Shown: positions 59,652 to 64,000 of the stretch, one piece after another
Position numbering within the stretch: the stretch's first letter is position 1
How the letters are laid out: each line of letters begins with the position of its first letter
From: Alphaproteobacteria bacterium
Lineage (GTDB): Bacteria > Pseudomonadota > Alphaproteobacteria > Bin95
NCBI GenBank assembly: GCA_965205265.1
Contig: CBDBGH010000003.1
Location: 3,392,001 to 3,456,000 of the forward strand
Reading direction: 5' to 3'
DNA length: 64,000 nucleotides
The notes under the pieces: generated by a model
Told to the model about the DNA's origin: nothing
The model's database searches: none
What the model saw: only the letters and a program-made list of their open reading frames with translations
Made by a program: the position numbers and the translations under genes

Positions 59652-61666
59652 CCAAAACCAGGCGCCCGGAGCCACGCTCAAGGCCGGCCGCGACTTAATG
59701 AAATCCGCGGCCGGGACTTAGTGAAATACCCGGCCGGAATCACTGAAATCCGCACCGTGTACGTGAACGGAATCCAGGCGAGCGGTCGATGCGTCGAGGA
59801 AATCGTACCCCTTCCGCCCATTTCCTGGCGTGGACAAAGCTACGAGACTGCGGGCCGTCTTGCTGCGAATGTGGACTTGGTTGTCGCACAAGACGGTGCC
59901 GTGTGGGCGCGCTTCGACAGTATTACCTGGTCGGGATACGAGATGCAGGGTTCGATGACTCTGCGGAGCGATGTGCCGGGTCTGCGTACGTACCGGAACG
60001 GATTTGGATTGGCAACCGTGGGCGCGGCGACCGCCTACCAGTTCGGCGGCGTCGTAGACCTAATGGAGTTGTACCCGACAGCGGGAAGGGAAGCGCTGAC
60101 ATCTTCGAGCATGCAGTTGCTCCAGTCGATGCTTACTCATGTCGACGAAATCGTGTCTCTATTGTTGTCGAGCAGGCATGAGTCCGACTCTAGCACTGCA
60201 TTCATGAACTGGGTCGTGAATAACTCCAGATATGACCTATGTGACCGAATCCGGATCAGCACGGACGGAGATGAACATCTTGAATTGAATATAGTGAAGG
60301 CGAATGCGGACAGGGAGTTTCGCATCTATTCCGGTGCTGATCGAGGTTTAATTGAACAACTGTCGAGTGACGATTCACCTTTGTTACTTTTTGCGCGCTA
60401 CGACCCGAGACGACGCTGCCAACGCGAGTACATCCAGCGGTACTGCGCCGAACATGTCTCCGAAATTGTGGACGAGCCCCAAGTCACTGAGACACTCCCT
60501 GATTCGAGTTACAGTCATTCGGAGTATGGGACCGCGTTCCGAATCCAGTCTATCCTTGACAAGGATTACCTACTTTCGACAGAGGTACACTTTGGCCACA
60601 TAACCCACCGAGTTCCAGTAATCGCCAATGAGGTAGACAACAAAGTAATCATCACCGTCGAGCGCGACTTGAGCGCAATCGACCTAATCGTTGGATTGTA
60701 TGAAAACGAATACTCCGCATTCGGTGCGATGGTTGGCGATTTCGTTCGCGGCGTCGTCTTCCCGCGCATATCTCGTTACGTTCCAACCAGTCAAACTCAC
60801 GGCACTCAAGCGTTTTTGCAAACGATTCGACGCCAGCGGGAGGCGTTTGAGTACGAGCGGGACGACGTCACGGAGTTTCCAGATCTAGCATTTTGGGACG
60901 ATGTTCGCAACGACCGTATTAGCATCGCCGAGGCAATCAAGCGAACAATGGCCACGTCCCGTAGCGACGTTCAGGTGCTCGACTCGGCGTCCGCCGCGAG
61001 TATGGGTGAGGTATTGCCCGATGTAGCGGCCAATCAGCATGCGCTACAAGGGGACAACCAAGACGATGAATTGGCCCTTGGTGCGCTTCCTGCCATTGTC
61101 CGTTCCGACATATCTTGCGGTGCCAAACTGTTGACAATTCCGGTCGAGGAACGCGATTTGGCCGGATACAGGTGCTTTCTGGCGCTTGGCCGTAAAGCAA
61201 GGGAGGACAAGGCGGAGTTTTTCCTCCAACCACACACCACATCTATCGTGTGGGGTGGGCAGCGAGTGTTGTTTATTTTTGCCCACCGCTCCGAGGACTA
61301 CGGGTTGTATTATGATCTCGAGTCACGAAAGCTGATTTCCAACAAACCGGGTGGAGGACGTTATCCGACCTGCACAATTTTTCTGGCTAACCAAGTCTAC
61401 ATACCAATTCCAGTCGACATTCAGTCGTGCTTTCTACTTTCAGAAGGTGAACGCAAACGGTTTTTGGTCAGGGATGATCTGCTCTCGGTCGGCCCCAATA
61501 TCCGTGAATGACCATGGGAGTCCTGACCATAACAGCACTATCGCTTGGCGGAGGCCGTTCAGGCTTATCCGGCACGTTCAGGACAACACTAACCAATCTA
61601 AAGTCACAGCGGTGAACACATCTAAAGAAAGATTGAGGCGATGATAGGTTTCGTTATCATTGAGGG

Positions 61667-62143
61667 ATGGAATCCTTGACCCGCATTATATGGCAATGGC
61701 TTCTTAGCCTATCGGGTCTGTTCACCGTTATCGGCACAGTTCATGAGCTCTTTACTCGCCCCAATACAGACGTGTTGGCGGAGTCCATGGGCGCATATGT
61801 GAGCCTGCATAGCATTTACCTCGGCGTTTTGGGGGTAGGCGTTGTTCTAACTGTGCCTGCTGCCTTGGCCATTTGGCGTTGGTGGGTCGACACGCACAGC
61901 CTCAAGTCGAAATTTCTGCGACTGGAGACAAAACTGGAGAGAAGGGCGAGTCTTGAAGTTTATGACATCGCCGATATACGGGATCTACGATTTGCCCTTG
62001 CGGAACTGGGAATCGAATATCCTCTGGACGGTATTGACGCGAGGGACAGGCAATACGTTACAAAGGATTTGCTGGCCGCGTGTCGCAACGGGAAAGTGAA
62101 ATACGCTCGAACGTCATGGCAGCGGCGCGGAAAGCCGGATTGA
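61667..62143 (+). CDS. Hypothetical membrane protein with two TM segments and a small soluble C-terminus
   Basis: Two hydrophobic stretches in the first 70 aa or so. Confidence 0.6.
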   Translation: MESLTRIIWQWLLSLSGLFTVIGTVHELFTRPNTDVLAESMGAYVSLHSIYLGVLGVGVVLTVPAALAIWRWWVDTHSLKSKFLRLETKLERRASLEVYDIADIRDLRFALAELGIEYPLDGIDARDRQYVTKDLLAACRNGKVKYARTSWQRRGKPD

Positions 62144-62194
62144 TGGTCGAATTCAAACAGGGGGGAATGCGATGATCCAAAACGTGCCCGTACA

Positions 62195-63238
62195 CTACGG
62201 TAGGCGCGCTGTTGCAGAGCGCTGTCTGCCGCCATCCTCGGGAAGGGGTTCCGCGTTATCCTCCGCGTGCCCATTCCAAAGCAGCCCCGGATGTGGAATG
62301 CGATAGTACCCGTCAGCGTCCTTCTTTGAGTTTTTTGGCTTCGGCGCCACTGTCGTCTTCTCAAACCGTCCCCTGGCGCCGCGCAGATACGATTCGACGA
62401 CTTCCGCGCATACCCACTTGCGTCCAAGCCGTTCGGCGACCTCGCCCGTAACGCAGCTCCCGGCGAATGGATCCAGAACCACATCGCCCGGATCGGTGAC
62501 CATCCTCACGAAATACTCCGGCAGGGCGGCCGGGAAACGGGCGGGATGCACCTTGATCCCGTTGTCCTTGCAGTAGCGCAGATAGCTGCTGTTGCTTTCG
62601 GTATTCGGAATGGCGATCAGGTTCGGAGGGATCGCGGCGCCATTGTCGGTGGAAAACTTGCTGCTGATATCGTGTCCCGATGGACGCAGCATTGGCTTGT
62701 AGCCATTGTTCAGCAAGCTCTTCATGCTGTCACTGTAAGGTTGCAGGACCCGGCGATTGCTCGCGCGCGGCCAAGGCGTCTTGGACAACCACCATACGGT
62801 ATTGATCCCGTCCTTGACCCGGATTCGCCTTACGTTGACCCATTCCGCTGGCGTAGGAAGCTTCGACGGATTCCACCAGTAGAACTCCTGAGCCAGATGA
62901 AATTCGTATTCCTCGCACAGCATGATCAACAGCTTGAAATGATAGAGGCTGCGCACGGGTATTCCGGGCTTCCACGCGCCGCCGAGATCGATCACAAGGC
63001 TTCCGTCGTCCCTGAGGATGCGGCGGAACTGCCTCGCGAAATCGCGAAACCATTCGAGATAATTATCCTCCTGTTCGTTTCCGTAGTCCTTCTTGCGGGT
63101 CAACGCGAACGGCGGACTCGTCATTACCAGAGCGACAGAAGCCGACTTTCTGTTCTTCATGACCTCCAGGCTGTCGCCATGATAGACGCAGCCAAGGGCA
63201 GTCCGATGGAACACGCGAGGGGCCTTGCTGCCTGTCAT
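62195..63238 (-). CDS. Beta-class amino-DNA methyltransferase, probably N4-cytosine
   Basis: TSPPF (motif IV) precedes HPARFP and LDPFAGS (motif I). Confidence 0.92.
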   Translation of the reverse strand: MTGSKAPRVFHRTALGCVYHGDSLEVMKNRKSASVALVMTSPPFALTRKKDYGNEQEDNYLEWFRDFARQFRRILRDDGSLVIDLGGAWKPGIPVRSLYHFKLLIMLCEEYEFHLAQEFYWWNPSKLPTPAEWVNVRRIRVKDGINTVWWLSKTPWPRASNRRVLQPYSDSMKSLLNNGYKPMLRPSGHDISSKFSTDNGAAIPPNLIAIPNTESNSSYLRYCKDNGIKVHPARFPAALPEYFVRMVTDPGDVVLDPFAGSCVTGEVAERLGRKWVCAEVVESYLRGARGRFEKTTVAPKPKNSKKDADGYYRIPHPGLLWNGHAEDNAEPLPEDGGRQRSATARLP

Positions 63239-63254
63239 CTTCCGGCCTCCTTCT

Positions 63255-64000
63255 CTAGAGATCGAGTTTCTTCAGGTTCATGGCGTGGCGCGCCTCACGT
63301 TCGAACGCTTGCACTATTTCCGCCGGTCGTTCGCTTATCTCGTTCAGATCCCCTCCGTCCAGCATGACAATGGCAAGATTTGAGTCGGCCATGATTCTAT
63401 TGGCGTATCGCCGGGCCTCGCTGCCGACTTCGCCGGTGGTGACAATGACAATCGCATTGCTCTTCAGGAAATGGGTAAGGCCCACCTCCTTTGCGACATC
63501 GTCCAGAGACACGCGCGCAGTGTTCTTGCACTGGATTTGCCAGCGGGAGAATACCAAGCGGGCGCTCTCGAAAATCAGATCGACCTCCGCGCCGCCTGTC
63601 TGATTGGCGCGCAAGCGGGTCGCAACATAGGTCATGTCGAGGACACGCATGATCTTGAAGGCGAGCGCTTCGAGAGCGAGTCCGGCTCGATATCGATCTT
63701 TGCTCTTCATTTCTTTCAAGATCGTGGAAAGCGGCGTTCGCAATAGCGCCAGAAGCTTCGGCTCGGTCTGCTTCCGAAGCTGCTCGAGAAGCGGTTCGAC
63801 CACATCCGCGATCAATTTTTCCGTAGGCGACACCTGAAAAGGCTTGGCTCCTCGTCCAGCCGTGGTCTTCTCGGCCGTGATGTATCCTGCGCCCTCCAAG
63901 TCGTTGAGAACCAGCTTCGGAAGACTCTTTTCCGGAAACTTCACGCCGTAGGTCGCCGCGGCCAGTTTCGCAACCGCATTCGCGGGCTGCGGCTCAACGG
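63255..64000 (-). CDS. Restriction endonuclease with C-terminal Mrr-like PD-(D/E)xK domain, 5'-partial
   Basis: LE..., EVDL, WQIQCK; directly upstream of the MTase. Confidence 0.82.
   Translation of the reverse strand, partial: VEPQPANAVAKLAAATYGVKFPEKSLPKLVLNDLEGAGYITAEKTTAGRGAKPFQVSPTEKLIADVVEPLLEQLRKQTEPKLLALLRTPLSTILKEMKSKDRYRAGLALEALAFKIMRVLDMTYVATRLRANQTGGAEVDLIFESARLVFSRWQIQCKNTARVSLDDVAKEVGLTHFLKSNAIVIVTTGEVGSEARRYANRIMADSNLAIVMLDGGDLNEISERPAEIVQAFEREARHAMNLKKLDL

Larger units (their letters stand above)
57179..59754 (+). mobile_element. IS21-family element 2
   Basis: TG...CA ends (TGCGCGTTTCAGT and ACTGAAATCCGCA); internal CCCGGCCG repeats; 7-bp TSD CCGTGTA. Confidence 0.93.
56598..61511 (+). 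pseudogene. HtpG/Hsp90-like GHKL ATPase with a long uncharacterised C-terminus, split by IS21 (776 aa when rejoined)
   Basis: RENVQNAFDA, DNGNGM, GTFGIG, GTTV; joining 57178 to 59762 restores ...LAVPVY-VNGIQ in frame. Confidence 0.88.

Overview
GC-rich bacterial window, probably alphaproteobacterial, made up almost entirely of defence and mobile cargo. Left part (1-29.5 kb): a partial Fic gene; a Type ISP restriction-modification enzyme translationally coupled to a Schlafen/AlbA_2-GHKL-wHTH gene; a type III-B CRISPR operon (csx1-like effector, cmr1, HD-less cas10, cmr3-6); a cas4/cas1 fusion and cas2; one array of 34 repeats and 33 spacers; an IS630 pseudo-element; and a type I-G operon (cas3, cas8g, cas7/csb1, csb2). 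No stand-alone cas6 is visible. Middle part (29.9-50.5 kb): a mobilisable element with a MOBF relaxase-helicase, an RHH protein, a leading-region-like cluster (DUF2493, ssb, small ORFs, long hairpins, and a 5x zinc-finger gene split by a miniature RIT element), a TbpB-like lipoprotein, IS1380 nested in ISAs1, a FitA/VapC pair, and a large serine recombinase that ends in a tRNA-fMet 3' fragment. Right part (50.5-64 kb): a second island with a tyrosine integrase at the same tRNA fragment, two IS21 elements, a coupled metallophosphoesterase-TPR plus HtpG-like GHKL ATPase gene pair (the ATPase is cleanly split by IS21), and a Type II R-M pair. The phosphoesterase/ATPase pair is the best candidate for an undescribed defence system. 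All calls come from reading motifs by eye; no database search was run.
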